Of a DNA stretch of 32,000 bases, positions 18,577 through 27,005 are shown one piece after another (within the stretch, counting starts at the first letter, position 1; each line of letters opens with the position of its first letter). The position numbers and the translations under genes were made by a program. Below the pieces are notes generated by a model. That model ran no database searches, had not been told where the DNA came from, and saw only the letters and a list, made by a program, of their open reading frames with translations. Source of the DNA: Flavobacteriaceae bacterium (lineage in GTDB: Bacteria > Bacteroidota > Bacteroidia > Flavobacteriales > Flavobacteriaceae); the NCBI GenBank assembly GCA_965224465.1, contig OZ245049.1, forward strand, positions 990,001-1,022,000, read 5' to 3'.

Positions 18577-20103
18577 TTATTCACACTTACTAACTGCTTT
18601 ACAAAATTCGATCAAACTTTCTTTCGTACTTGAAAATTCGCTATTTTCTATGCGCGTTAATACACTTGGACATGCTGCGGAGAATTTAATCAAAGCTTTA
18701 TTAAATCCGAATGCAAAATCAGCAGACATTAAAGAAGTCCCCAATTGGTTTTTAGGAAGTTTTAATACAAGTTCTTTATTTTGGAATTCATACAAGGATA
18801 TTTTAGAAGAACTGAATAATTCTTTTACCAATTTTAAACCTCCTTTACTTGTGGCGGCATCTTTAAACTTAATGGCTTTAAATGTTCCAACACTAGGAAT
18901 AGCCAATGTTTTACACTCCTCTGATTTGTAATATTTAGGTTTGTTATTCACAAATAATTCAATCCCATAGCCAATTAAAGCTTCGTCAAAATTTCTAGCG
19001 ACAGCTTTAATAGTATCTTGAGATTGTGTAATTAAATACACCAATTCTTTTGATGATTTTTTTGATTTATCACTCTGACCAACAGAATTGTTATCAGACA
19101 CACCACCCAAATCTTCGGTTACAATCTCCATGTGACGAGACGAAGTTTTGTTTGTTACTAATTTTTTATCTAAAGCATTCGCAATTCTTAAAAAATACTT
19201 CCCATCACTTTTGTCATAATTATTTTCGATCAATTTGGTAGCGTATTCTTTACATTTATGAACATTGTCTAAATAATAATATAGTTGTGCTATATTATAA
19301 TAACTGGCATATCTTATTTTTCTAGCTTTTCGTTTTTTTCCTTCATATCGTTGGGTAACACCTATAAAATAATCAATACTTGCTTGGACATCTTTTGCAA
19401 TTTTATCAGTAGGCTCATTATACCTCATCGTTGCAAATAGCCCCTTTAACGTTTCAAAGGCTTCATGATGTTTTTGATATTCGGGGTGTTTTTTAGATCC
19501 CAAAATCCAAAAGTGAGCAGATTTTGTTCTAAATATAGTGTAGCCATAAAGCCTATTAAGATGGGAGTTTATTTTTGACCTTATGGCATTTCTATGTGCA
19601 TTTTGATACTTAGATTTTAATTCAAATCTATTATTATTATAATAGCCTTGTGCTTTCTTATAAGATCTAAAGCTATTACTTACCCATGATTTACTTTCTC
19701 TAAAAGAATTATTCCAAGATTTGGAGCTTAAGTTATCAACGGTATACAAAATGGCTTTAGACGTATACCTGGCACTTGCTGTATATGTATATGATACAGA
19801 AAGAACCTTTCCTGACTTGTCTTTCTTCTCATATTTATGCGTATTAATTTCAACATTACTCACGGTTGTTCCTCCAAAATTAAAATTAACAACAATTGAA
19901 GCGTTTGAATCAACTTTAGAAAACCCTTGAATCACAACCCCTTGATTATCGGTACTGTAAGTTCTAAGTTCGTTATCAATAATAGGTAATGTAGGAAGAT
20001 TAACATACGTAGCACTAAAATATTCGCGGTCTAAGTCCGTGCTTTGGCAATACGCCAATTGACACATTAACAATGTTAAAACAGAAATAAATATTTTTTT
20101 CAT
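18577..20103 (-). CDS. Hypothetical secreted protein (signal peptide, no recognisable domain)
   Basis: N-terminal signal peptide MKKIFISVLTLLMCQLAYCQ. Lys/Asn/Ser/Tyr-rich, with one TPR-like helical stretch (YYNIAQLYYYLDNVHKCKEYATKLIEN). I recognise no catalytic motif. Confidence 0.6.
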   Translation of the reverse strand: MKKIFISVLTLLMCQLAYCQSTDLDREYFSATYVNLPTLPIIDNELRTYSTDNQGVVIQGFSKVDSNASIVVNFNFGGTTVSNVEINTHKYEKKDKSGKVLSVSYTYTASARYTSKAILYTVDNLSSKSWNNSFRESKSWVSNSFRSYKKAQGYYNNNRFELKSKYQNAHRNAIRSKINSHLNRLYGYTIFRTKSAHFWILGSKKHPEYQKHHEAFETLKGLFATMRYNEPTDKIAKDVQASIDYFIGVTQRYEGKKRKARKIRYASYYNIAQLYYYLDNVHKCKEYATKLIENNYDKSDGKYFLRIANALDKKLVTNKTSSRHMEIVTEDLGGVSDNNSVGQSDKSKKSSKELVYLITQSQDTIKAVARNFDEALIGYGIELFVNNKPKYYKSEECKTLAIPSVGTFKAIKFKDAATSKGGLKLVKELFSSSKISLYEFQNKELVLKLPKNQLGTSLMSADFAFGFNKALIKFSAACPSVLTRIENSEFSSTKESLIEFCKAVSKCE

Positions 20104-20204
20104 AATTAAAAAAGGGGGTTAGTTTGTAAGCGTACGGAGAACTACATCTTGTAAGAAGTTAAAAATAATCTAATTTTTGCATCTAAACAAAAACGAAAAT
20201 ATAA

Positions 20205-20558
20205 ATGTTAGGATTAGGTACAGAACACACGTATTATTATCACTTATCTGCAGTTGATATGCGAAAAGGATTTAATGGATTAAGTGGATTAGTTAGTGAG
20301 CACATGGAACAAGAGCGAGATAGAAATAGTGTTTATGCATTTATCAATAAGCAAAAAAATAAACTAAAACTTCTTCATTGGCGACCTGGAGGATTTGTAC
20401 TGTATTATAAACGATTGGAACGAGGTATTTTTGAGCTTCCAAAATACGACATTGAAGATGGATTAGTAGTTTTGAGTTATACCCAAATGGTTATGGTTTT
20501 AGACGGAATTAGTATTATAAATACTCAGAAAAACGAACGTTATTTAGAGGCTAAATAA
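20205..20558 (+). CDS. tnpB: IS66-family accessory protein TnpB (IS66 Orf2)
   Basis: DMRKGFNGLSGLV and LKLLHWRPGGFVLYYKRLERGIFELP are hallmark IS66 Orf2 motifs. 117 aa. Confidence 0.9.
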   Translation: MLGLGTEHTYYYHLSAVDMRKGFNGLSGLVSEHMEQERDRNSVYAFINKQKNKLKLLHWRPGGFVLYYKRLERGIFELPKYDIEDGLVVLSYTQMVMVLDGISIINTQKNERYLEAK

Positions 20559-20601
20559 TTCAATAAAACTGTAGGTTTTACCTGCTATTTAGTCTTGTTT
20601 T

Positions 20602-22104
20602 TTGTATATTTATAGTGTGGAAAACAATACAATAGACATACAAAAAGAGCTGGTAATTTTAAAGATTGAACTTGAAAAAACAGCTCAAGAACTAGCTGAA
20701 ATTAAGCAGCAATACGAGCAGCTTAAAAGAATGGTTTTCGGGTCTAAAAGCGAACGTTTTATCCCTGTTGACACAAATCAATTGTCGCTTTTCGGAAAAA
20801 TAATAGCTGAGAAAGAAGAGGCATACAAAAAACATATTGTAATCTACGAAAGAAAACAAAAGAAGAAAGGAAAGAAAAAACCTGTTCGCTCTTCTATACC
20901 TGCGCATTTTCCGCGAGTAGAAGAGATTATAGAGCCTAAGCACATAGAAGAAGGAGCTGTAAAAATAGGAGAAGAAGTTACAGAACTTTTAGAAATAACG
21001 CCTCTTTCCGTTTTTGTAAGACGAATTGTAAGACCTAAATATGCACTTCCGGAAGAAAAAGGCGTTGTTATAGCAGAATTACCAAGCTTACCGATACCTA
21101 AAGGAAATGCATCAGCAAGTTTATTGGCCTTTATACTTATTTCAAAATTTGTAGACCATTTACCACTTTACAGATTAATTCAAATTTTTAAACGACAAGA
21201 TTTAAAAGTAAGTAAATCAACAATTGGAGGATGGGTATCTAAAAGTTCGGAGCTTATCGCTCCTTTATACGATACATTTAAGGCTCAGTTTTTAGAAAAT
21301 GCCAATTATATTCAAGCAGACGAATCTCCTATAAAGGTTTTAGATAAAGACAAGAAAAAATCAACACACAGAGGGTATATGTGGGTGTATCGAAATCCTG
21401 TTAAAAATTTAGTTCTTTTTGAATACAATAAAGGGAGAGGAAAAGTTGTTCCAGAAGAGTTTTTTAAAGATTTCAATGGGACACTACAGTCCGATGGGTA
21501 TGCTGCATACCAAAACTTAACAACAAAAGGAGAAATTACTCTTTTAGGTTGCATGGCTCATGCTAGGCGGTATTTTGAGAAGGCGCTGGATAATGATCCT
21601 AAAAGAGCGGATGTTGTTTTGTTGGAAATTCAAAAGCTATACAAGATAGAACGTAAAATAAAAGAACAAGAATTAACTATTGAGCAAACTAAAGCATATA
21701 GAGAAAAACATGCATCACCTGTTTTAGACGGAATAGAAATTTATCTTACAAAAGAGCGAAAAAACGTACTGCCTAAAAGTGCCATAGGAAAAGCAATTGC
21801 TTATACTCTTAAAATATGGCAAAACCTAAAACTATACATCGATGATGGCAGGTTTGAAATAGACAACAATAATATAGAAAATGCCATAAGACCTTTAGCT
21901 ATTGGCAGAAAAAATTATCTCTTTGCTGGCAGTCATGAGTCCGCACAAAACATAGCTCTATTTTATAGCTTTTTTGCTACTTGCAAAAAGAATAACGTAA
22001 ACCCACATACGTGGCTATGTGATGTCCTTAATAGATTACCAGAACATAAGGCTAATAAACTTTCGGAGTTACTGCCTCAAAATTGGAAGCCTGTTGATAA
22101 ATAA
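20602..22104 (+). CDS. IS66-family DDE transposase (TnpC)
   Basis: N-terminal coiled coil (ELAEIKQQYEQLKRMVFG.KSERF), then ADESPIKVLD, RGYMWVY, LQSDGYAAY, GCMAHARRYF and DNNNIENAIRPLAIGRKNYLFAGS. The start is uncertain: TTG at 20602 or GTG at 20617, with no early in-frame ATG. Confidence 0.92.
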   Translation: MYIYSVENNTIDIQKELVILKIELEKTAQELAEIKQQYEQLKRMVFGSKSERFIPVDTNQLSLFGKIIAEKEEAYKKHIVIYERKQKKKGKKKPVRSSIPAHFPRVEEIIEPKHIEEGAVKIGEEVTELLEITPLSVFVRRIVRPKYALPEEKGVVIAELPSLPIPKGNASASLLAFILISKFVDHLPLYRLIQIFKRQDLKVSKSTIGGWVSKSSELIAPLYDTFKAQFLENANYIQADESPIKVLDKDKKKSTHRGYMWVYRNPVKNLVLFEYNKGRGKVVPEEFFKDFNGTLQSDGYAAYQNLTTKGEITLLGCMAHARRYFEKALDNDPKRADVVLLEIQKLYKIERKIKEQELTIEQTKAYREKHASPVLDGIEIYLTKERKNVLPKSAIGKAIAYTLKIWQNLKLYIDDGRFEIDNNNIENAIRPLAIGRKNYLFAGSHESAQNIALFYSFFATCKKNNVNPHTWLCDVLNRLPEHKANKLSELLPQNWKPVDK

Positions 22105-23004
22105 TCAAGGGTGTACTTTACCGTACGCTTACGTTAGTTTAAAACATTGAAATTAACAATTTCCATTGAAAAACTATTAAAAAAAAGAAAAAAAAACACC
22201 TTTTTTATTCCCTTCGCTTTCTATCGACTATAACATCAATAAATAACAGATGTAAACCGTGTCTATTTCGTTCTTTCGTTCTTAAAAAACAGAAACATAA
22301 CTAAGCCATTCTTCCATTTTTTTGTCTTGAAACTCGTATTTATCAACAGCCATTTGAAAATTAATTCGGTATATCTGGAGGCAGATACAGGTAAAGTAGT
22401 TTTCTAAATATATTTAGAAAAGCAGTAAAAAAAATCAAATGTTAGCCAGTACTCAACAACACATAGCATAAAGTACTCATCATACTTAATTATATCATTA
22501 ACCAGATAGACATGCGCGATGCACAAAACATGTTAGATCGTGCCTCTGCATAGACAATAGAGGTTTCTAATAAGAGCATAAAATATAGAATCTCTTGAAA
22601 ATTTGTTATGAATTAGTTTTTCTACCTTTGGAGAGAAAAACTGGAGGGTCTATATTTGTTGTGACGGCTCTATATTGTATCAACAAAACAATTAATAATC
22701 AAAAGCTAAAACTGCATACGTTTTTACATACGATACGTAAAGCTAGCAAGAGGAGAGCCCCGTAAAATGGTTGAGAATTCGGTCAACTTTGGGTTCTTTT
22801 CTGCCTGAGACGGACGCTGGTTCTTGCCGAAATTTAGAATTAATTTCTAATCTGGTTTTTATGAAGGTTAATATGGATACTACTTGCTGGTGTTTAATTG
22901 GACGAGAAGTTTATCCTGAGCGGAGTCGAACGGAGAACAGTTCCCGCTACTAAGTGGTAAAAAGAGAATCTAATTTGAGTTTTTTTTGTTTGTTAGATTC
23001 TTTT

Positions 23005-23095
23005 ATGGAAGATGACTTTGTAAGCTACGTTTTGTATTCTGAAAAATTTGATGAGACTTACTTCAAATCTTATTAGAGAAAGTTGTAATTAATCA
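23005..23095 (+). pseudogene. GIY-YIG (COG2827-like) nuclease gene relic, truncated and frameshifted
   Basis: ATG at 23005 gives MEDDFVSYVLYSEKFDETYFKSY-stop. The +1 frame continues LTSNLIRE, resembling the (Y)VLYS...YIG.T.NL..R N-terminus of small GIY-YIG proteins. Nothing beyond about 30 codons survives. Confidence 0.4.
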
Positions 23096-23258
23096 ATGAT
23101 TATTAGATAACGGAACGGTTCTGTCTCGTCTGTTAAAAAACAGGACTGACTTAAGACAATAATTAGGAGTCATAAAGACTGTCATTAACTGAATATTTTT
23201 GAGTGTCAGTAAATTCATGTAAATATTTACAGATGTGACAGAACCAGTTTAGTTACTG

Positions 23259-23363
23259 TTACTCTTTTTTAGATTTTTTTAATCTCTTTGCTGCTTTTTT
23301 TTCTTTTGGAGTTTTAGCCGCTTCTTTTTTTACGTTTTTCTTAGAGTCTTTACTTTTTGCCAT
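23259..23363 (-). CDS. Possible small lysine-rich protein (34 aa)
   Basis: Hand-translated minus-strand ORF MAKSKDSKKNVKKEAAKTPKEKKAAKRLKKSKKE-stop, below the ORF-track size cut-off. It could also be a chance ORF in an A/T-rich tract. Confidence 0.25.
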   Translation of the reverse strand: MAKSKDSKKNVKKEAAKTPKEKKAAKRLKKSKKE

Positions 23364-23810
23364 GATATTATCTATTAGTTTTTTTGTTTTTAATTTATTT
23401 TAATTGCTGAAAATATTTTTAGTCAAACTTTTAATTTCGCAATAGTACTTAACATCGTACAGATTTGGTTGTTGTTTTTTTTGATATTAAATCCAACAAC
23501 GGCTCTGTCGCATCGGCTAAAGATAAAATAAAAGTTTAGTTTAATCCTGTTTTAAGCGATTAATGATCTTTTTGTTGATTTTTAGGGGGCAACGTTCCAA
23601 CTCCTTTACACGTTCTAAAAGAACTTGAACAGTAGTTAATAACTCTAAATATATGACTTGTTTTGGTAGCATAAAAACACCTCTCACACCACTCCAGAAT
23701 CAAGTTCGGGGTAGGCAAAATCATACGAGAGCTTCACTCGTATAAAAACACTTCTAAATTTCATATACCTATACGACGGTTCAAAAAATTAAAGTTTATG
23801 TATTATTACA

Positions 23811-23870
23811 GGTTTCTATCAAGGGTAAAACAAATTATTTATATCGGTAATTTTGGATTGTAATTGGTTC
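23811..23870 (+). repeat. MITE-like dispersed repeat, copy E (3' half only)
   Basis: GTAAAACAAATTATTTATATCGGTAATTTTGGATTGTAATTGGT matches the 3' module of copies A-D. The 5' module is absent. Confidence 0.55.
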
Positions 23871-23894
23871 TAAATAGCACTAATCAGAAAGAAA

Positions 23895-24410
23895 TTAAGG
23901 AAATAAGACTAAACCACCATCAATCTTATATAGGTGTTTATGTGTGCTACTAGAGTTTCCATAATTTGTTGTTGTTAGTTCTGTCATATAGGATTCTTTA
24001 AGTTCTCCATCAACAAAAATTTCCATTTTATACTCAAAATTACTAACCGATCCCGTTGGATATGACACCTTTAATAATAACGCTAAAAGTGCTCCCCTCT
24101 TACCAGAAGTAATAGTATGCTTACGTACTCCTTTTTCTATTTGTGACACTCTAATATATCCCTCTTTAACAACCTCTCCTGTATTTTCATAGGTTATCTT
24201 ATAGTCTGTATTTTCCGTTTGTGTTGTGGTAGTTTTTCCAATAAAACCAATATTCCAATTCTTATAATCTCCCATTAAAGTTAGTTCAAAAGATATTTCT
24301 CCTAGTCCTTCAATTTTTTCTTCAACGTTATCATCCTCGTCTTTAGAACAGGATACAAAACTAAGTGTCGTAATTAATAGAAATAATACATATTTAAGTG
24401 AGGGTTTCAT
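23895..24410 (-). CDS. Hypothetical lipoprotein
   Basis: The likely start is the internal Met (MKPSLKYVLFLLITTLSFVSCSKDEDD), which gives a signal peptide plus lipobox Cys. The ORF track extends it to 24458. No recognisable domain. Confidence 0.65.
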   Translation of the reverse strand: MKPSLKYVLFLLITTLSFVSCSKDEDDNVEEKIEGLGEISFELTLMGDYKNWNIGFIGKTTTTQTENTDYKITYENTGEVVKEGYIRVSQIEKGVRKHTITSGKRGALLALLLKVSYPTGSVSNFEYKMEIFVDGELKESYMTELTTTNYGNSSSTHKHLYKIDGGLVLFP

Positions 24411-24475
24411 AAAGGCTTTTTTAAAATGATTTAGGTTTGTTTTAAACTTAGGTTCCAAATACTAACGCCAAAACG

Positions 24476-25015
24476 GCTATTATGGTCGAACCATGCCACT
24501 GATTATGGTCAAACAGTGCCACTCTAAAAGATATGCAATTATAAGAAAAATATTCTTAATTTCAGTTTTATGTTTTTAAAGATTCACCTTGAAGGATTCT
24601 TCTGTGAGGTGAGTTTACGATGCTGCCCCAAATAGCAGCTGTAATAGCTCCTCTCCGATATGATCGTACCGTCTAGAAACAGGTATTTATGATGCAAGAT
24701 GTATTGCTGTGTCGTACGCCATTACTACTTCCCTAGCATGGTTACCAAAAGCCCGTAATCCGAAGTCGTCCAGTATTAATAAGTCTATTTTTATGAGTTT
24801 ATTAAGTTCTTTAAAACAGATTCCATCGACCTTTGCTAGCTTTCGTTTTTTAAATAAACGTGCTGTGTATAATCACCTTAAAACAAAAAGGATTTATCCA
24901 TGTTGTTTTTTAGGCAATAATTTAGTTGAACTTGATCTTTTAAAGTGGCACAAATTGACCATAATCACTGGTGATAACCGATCGTAATCGGTGGCACAAA
25001 TAGAGCCGTGATAGC
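24476..25015 (-). mobile_element. Internally deleted IS21-family element (about 540 bp) retaining both multi-repeat ends
   Basis: Left end (24476-24523) reads GCTATTATGGTCGAACCATGCCACTGATTATGGTCAAACAGTGCCACT. Right end (24944-25015) reads AGTGGCACAAATTGACCATAATCACTGGTGATAACCGATCGTAATCGGTGGCACAAATAGAGCCGTGATAGC. The two ends are imperfect inverted copies built from reiterated units of about 22 bp of the form GTGGCA...GACCATAAT. The interior holds only an IstB C-terminal relic. Confidence 0.7.
24568..24880 (-). pseudogene. istB: IS21 istB (helper ATPase) C-terminal fragment, frameshifted
   Basis: Minus-strand hand translation gives ..LAKVDGICFKELNKLIKIDLLILDDFGLRAFGNHAREV.. (Walker B DLLILDDFG). 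In shifted frames it gives ..RYDHIGEE.. and ..SIVNSPHRRILQGESLKT-stop. These match the IstB pattern LLILDDFG....W...IGE...ADAILDR.V..AHRI.L.GES.R. The N-terminal two-thirds of istB and all of istA are missing. Confidence 0.65.
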
Positions 25016-25047
25016 TACCTACGTAATTTTAATTGCTAGGTGTAAGA

Positions 25048-25611
25048 TTAAAATCGGTATCCTATTCTCAAATGTAAATTCGCAGTTACTTCACTTTCAT
25101 TTTCAAGAAATCCAGCTTGTTTAGCAAAAGTGTATCTATATCCAATACCGATTCCAGTTTCATAGGTGAAATGTGTTCCTATATTTCGTCTAATTCCCCA
25201 AGTTGGTATTATTGATATGTCGCTAATTATGCTAACATTATCAGTGTTTGAAATAACAAACCAATCTGGATGATAACTTGTTTTTATTGAAATAAAATTC
25301 CCGCTATTTCCATCAATTCTACGTGATTTCTTTACTCTTTTATTTAGGTTATAATAAAGTCTTGGTTCAAGCGTAATTACAGGTGTCATTAAAAACCCTG
25401 TTCCATCATAAAAATTACCTCCCCAAATTCCGCTATCAAGTCCAATTTCAGACCGCAATGCAATTGAATTTGATAACTTTGTTTCATTATGTGCCCAGAT
25501 CCCTAAAAAACCAATTTGTATTCCATAAGTTGATTGTGCTACACTTGCGTTTTGTGATTTTGCAATTAAAGTAAGTCCGCAGAAAATCAAGGTCAGTATA
25601 ATTCTTTTCAT
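25048..25611 (-). CDS. Small outer-membrane beta-barrel protein
   Basis: Signal peptide MKRIILTLIFCGLTLIAKSQ. Alternating hydrophobic/aromatic beta-strand pattern rich in Gly/Tyr, with a C-terminal aromatic residue (..LHLRIGYRF). Confidence 0.7.
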   Translation of the reverse strand: MKRIILTLIFCGLTLIAKSQNASVAQSTYGIQIGFLGIWAHNETKLSNSIALRSEIGLDSGIWGGNFYDGTGFLMTPVITLEPRLYYNLNKRVKKSRRIDGNSGNFISIKTSYHPDWFVISNTDNVSIISDISIIPTWGIRRNIGTHFTYETGIGIGYRYTFAKQAGFLENESEVTANLHLRIGYRF

Positions 25612-25690
25612 TTAGTTTTTTTAGGATTAAAATATTGCTGAAATTCATCAAGAATTATGCCGATTTGTAAATATTACACAACGTCTAGAT

Positions 25691-26104
25691 ATCGAAGAGG
25701 TTAAGGGAATCCCCCCCTAAAACTTCAAAGAACCGTGCTTGACAGTCTCCCGTCACACGGCTCTTGTTATACAAAACTTTCACTAACTATAGATAAATCC
25801 AAATTGCCAATAACAAAACAAATATCGATATTGTTCTTGTACTCGTTGCAACCATTTACTTGCTCGATATATACTGTTTTTATAACGTTCATACCTTTTT
25901 CTGCCCCATCTTATTAATCGCAGATTTAGTAGTTGGAGTACTTTGTGCAGCATTGAAAGACTAAACCTTCCATAGTAATTTATCCAAGCTCGTCTCATAG
26001 AATTCAACCGTTGAGCTATTCCTACGATGCTTTTATAGGACATCTTTTCTGCTTTTAGCGCTCCTAATTTATCAGCGATCACCTTAGGTGAACGTATACT
26101 TATA
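25691..26104 (-). mobile_element. 5'-truncated group II intron fragment (maturase C-terminus, domain V, domain VI)
   Basis: Collinear with 28035-28455 of the complete intron; by eye roughly four-fifths of positions are identical. Contains domain V (25730-25763) and the same terminal ..CGAT 3' end (25691). Similarity stops at about 26104, 6 nt after the stop of the upstream gene. Confidence 0.8.
25730..25763 (-). ncRNA. Group II intron domain V (truncated copy)
   Basis: The minus strand reads GAGCCGUGUGACGGGAGACUGUCAAGCACGGUUC, a 34-nt hairpin with AGC triad, AA bulge and GAGA (GNRA) tetraloop. Confidence 0.8.
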
Positions 26105-26110
26105 CATATT

Positions 26111-26725
26111 TTAATTTTTAAATACCGTCTTAAGCTTATCGGAGTTAAACATTGATGCAGGAGAAATCACCAATTCATCTTTCGGAATATTATCTCCGTA
26201 TCTTTCCGTAAGTTTTTGTTTGACGGCATTATCAGTCAGGTTAAAATCAGCTAACTTTTCAAGTTCTCCAATTTCAATTCCAACCGCCTCTTTGTAAATT
26301 TTCCAAACCAATTCTGAACAATAAATCCTTGAATCAGACCATTCAAAATACAAATCATAATCCTTTCCAGCATACTTTTCTCCAATCTGTTTCATTTTTA
26401 CTAAAGTCTCGGGTGTCAATAATTTATCTGATTTTTTAATCCGCTTAACAACATAATGTCCGTTTTCTCCTCTTTTAATCCACTCGCTTAAAGGTGTTAA
26501 TTTCACAGGCTGGACAGCTTCATAAACAAAAAAATCAGTCCCTTGCTTATAAATTATCCCCATATGACTATATTTTGAACCCGTTGCAATCTGAATCGCT
26601 TTACTTTGTCTAGAAGTCGAAGTCTGAAAAATAACATCTCCGTTTTGAAACCCTGTAGTGTCGGTTTTCGATTGACAAGAAATCACAAAAATCAAGCCTA
26701 ATATTATGTATAGTAATTTACTCAT
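26111..26725 (-). CDS. YiiX/YaeF-family permuted papain-like (NlpC/P60-related) lipoprotein
   Basis: The likely start MSKLLYIILGLIFVISCQSK gives a signal peptide plus lipobox (the ORF track extends to 26785). SKAIQIATGSKYSHMGIIY...VYEA and the later YCSELVWKIY give the permuted His...Cys arrangement of the YiiX family. Confidence 0.7.
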   Translation of the reverse strand: MSKLLYIILGLIFVISCQSKTDTTGFQNGDVIFQTSTSRQSKAIQIATGSKYSHMGIIYKQGTDFFVYEAVQPVKLTPLSEWIKRGENGHYVVKRIKKSDKLLTPETLVKMKQIGEKYAGKDYDLYFEWSDSRIYCSELVWKIYKEAVGIEIGELEKLADFNLTDNAVKQKLTERYGDNIPKDELVISPASMFNSDKLKTVFKN

Positions 26726-26879
26726 GGTAAAGAATCGGATATGGTTAGTACAGGCTTTCGAAGGACTAAACTTTCGATCTTGCACTTAGTAAAATTTTTA
26801 TTTTTTTTTAATAGACACGCAAAATTGAAAACTTTACGGACTCTGTTAAATGCACTTCATTTTTGGTTAAGCACTAAAG

Positions 26880-26923
26880 CCCGTATTAACTATTAGCAAT
26901 TGTTGCTCTCTGTTAATACTGGG
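26880..26923 (-). other. Long nested hairpin in the spacer downstream of the 325-aa lipoprotein gene
   Basis: Plus-strand CCCGTATTAAC (26880-26890) pairs with GTTAATACTGGG (26912-26923, one bulge). It encloses a second stem, AGCAA-TTG-TTGCT. No U-tract follows, so it is not a canonical terminator. Confidence 0.35.
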
Positions 26924-27005
26924 CGCTACGCACCGTACGAACACTTAATTATTTCTGCTGGATTTTATTTTCTGAAATCAACTAGTTTCGGATTTAAAAG
27001 CATCA

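Larger units (their letters stand above)
20126..22132 (+). mobile_element. Intact IS66-family insertion sequence (2007 bp) with 8-bp target-site duplication
   Basis: Terminal inverted repeats: GTAAGCGTACGG at 20126-20137 and its exact complement CCGTACGCTTAC at 22121-22132, with weaker similarity extending further inward. The element is flanked by the direct repeat GTTAGTTT (20118-20125 and 22133-22140). It contains tnpB-like and DDE transposase ORFs. Confidence 0.9.

Noticed and set aside
14904-19930. Antisense ORFs inside the kinase, ABC permease/ATPase and 508-aa genes (14904-15221, 16623-16949, 17103-17315, 18650-18931, 19050-19241, 19721-19930)
   Set aside because: All are nested opposite well-supported genes in an AT-rich genome, where long antisense ORFs are common by chance.
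22771-22953. 60-aa ORF, plus tmRNA- and tRNA-like strings (TTGGACGAG, GGAGTCGAACGGA) and a CTGAGA string reminiscent of a TPP riboswitch
   Set aside because: The ORF has no start context or motif. The T-arm-like string lacks complementary stem halves and an acceptor or CCA context. There is no tmRNA tag reading frame or 5' GGGG pairing. CTGAGA alone, without the other TPP-box elements, is not evidence. The region is kept only as an unexplained structured patch.
24709-24987. 92-aa plus-strand ORF
   Set aside because: It is antisense to the IstB relic and runs into the IS21-type terminal repeats. No motif was seen.
25783-26082. 99-aa ORF that looks like a small independent gene
   Set aside because: It is the C-terminal maturase segment of a 5'-truncated group II intron, collinear with residues of the 420-aa intron ORF. 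The ATG is internal, so I called it part of a mobile-element fragment.
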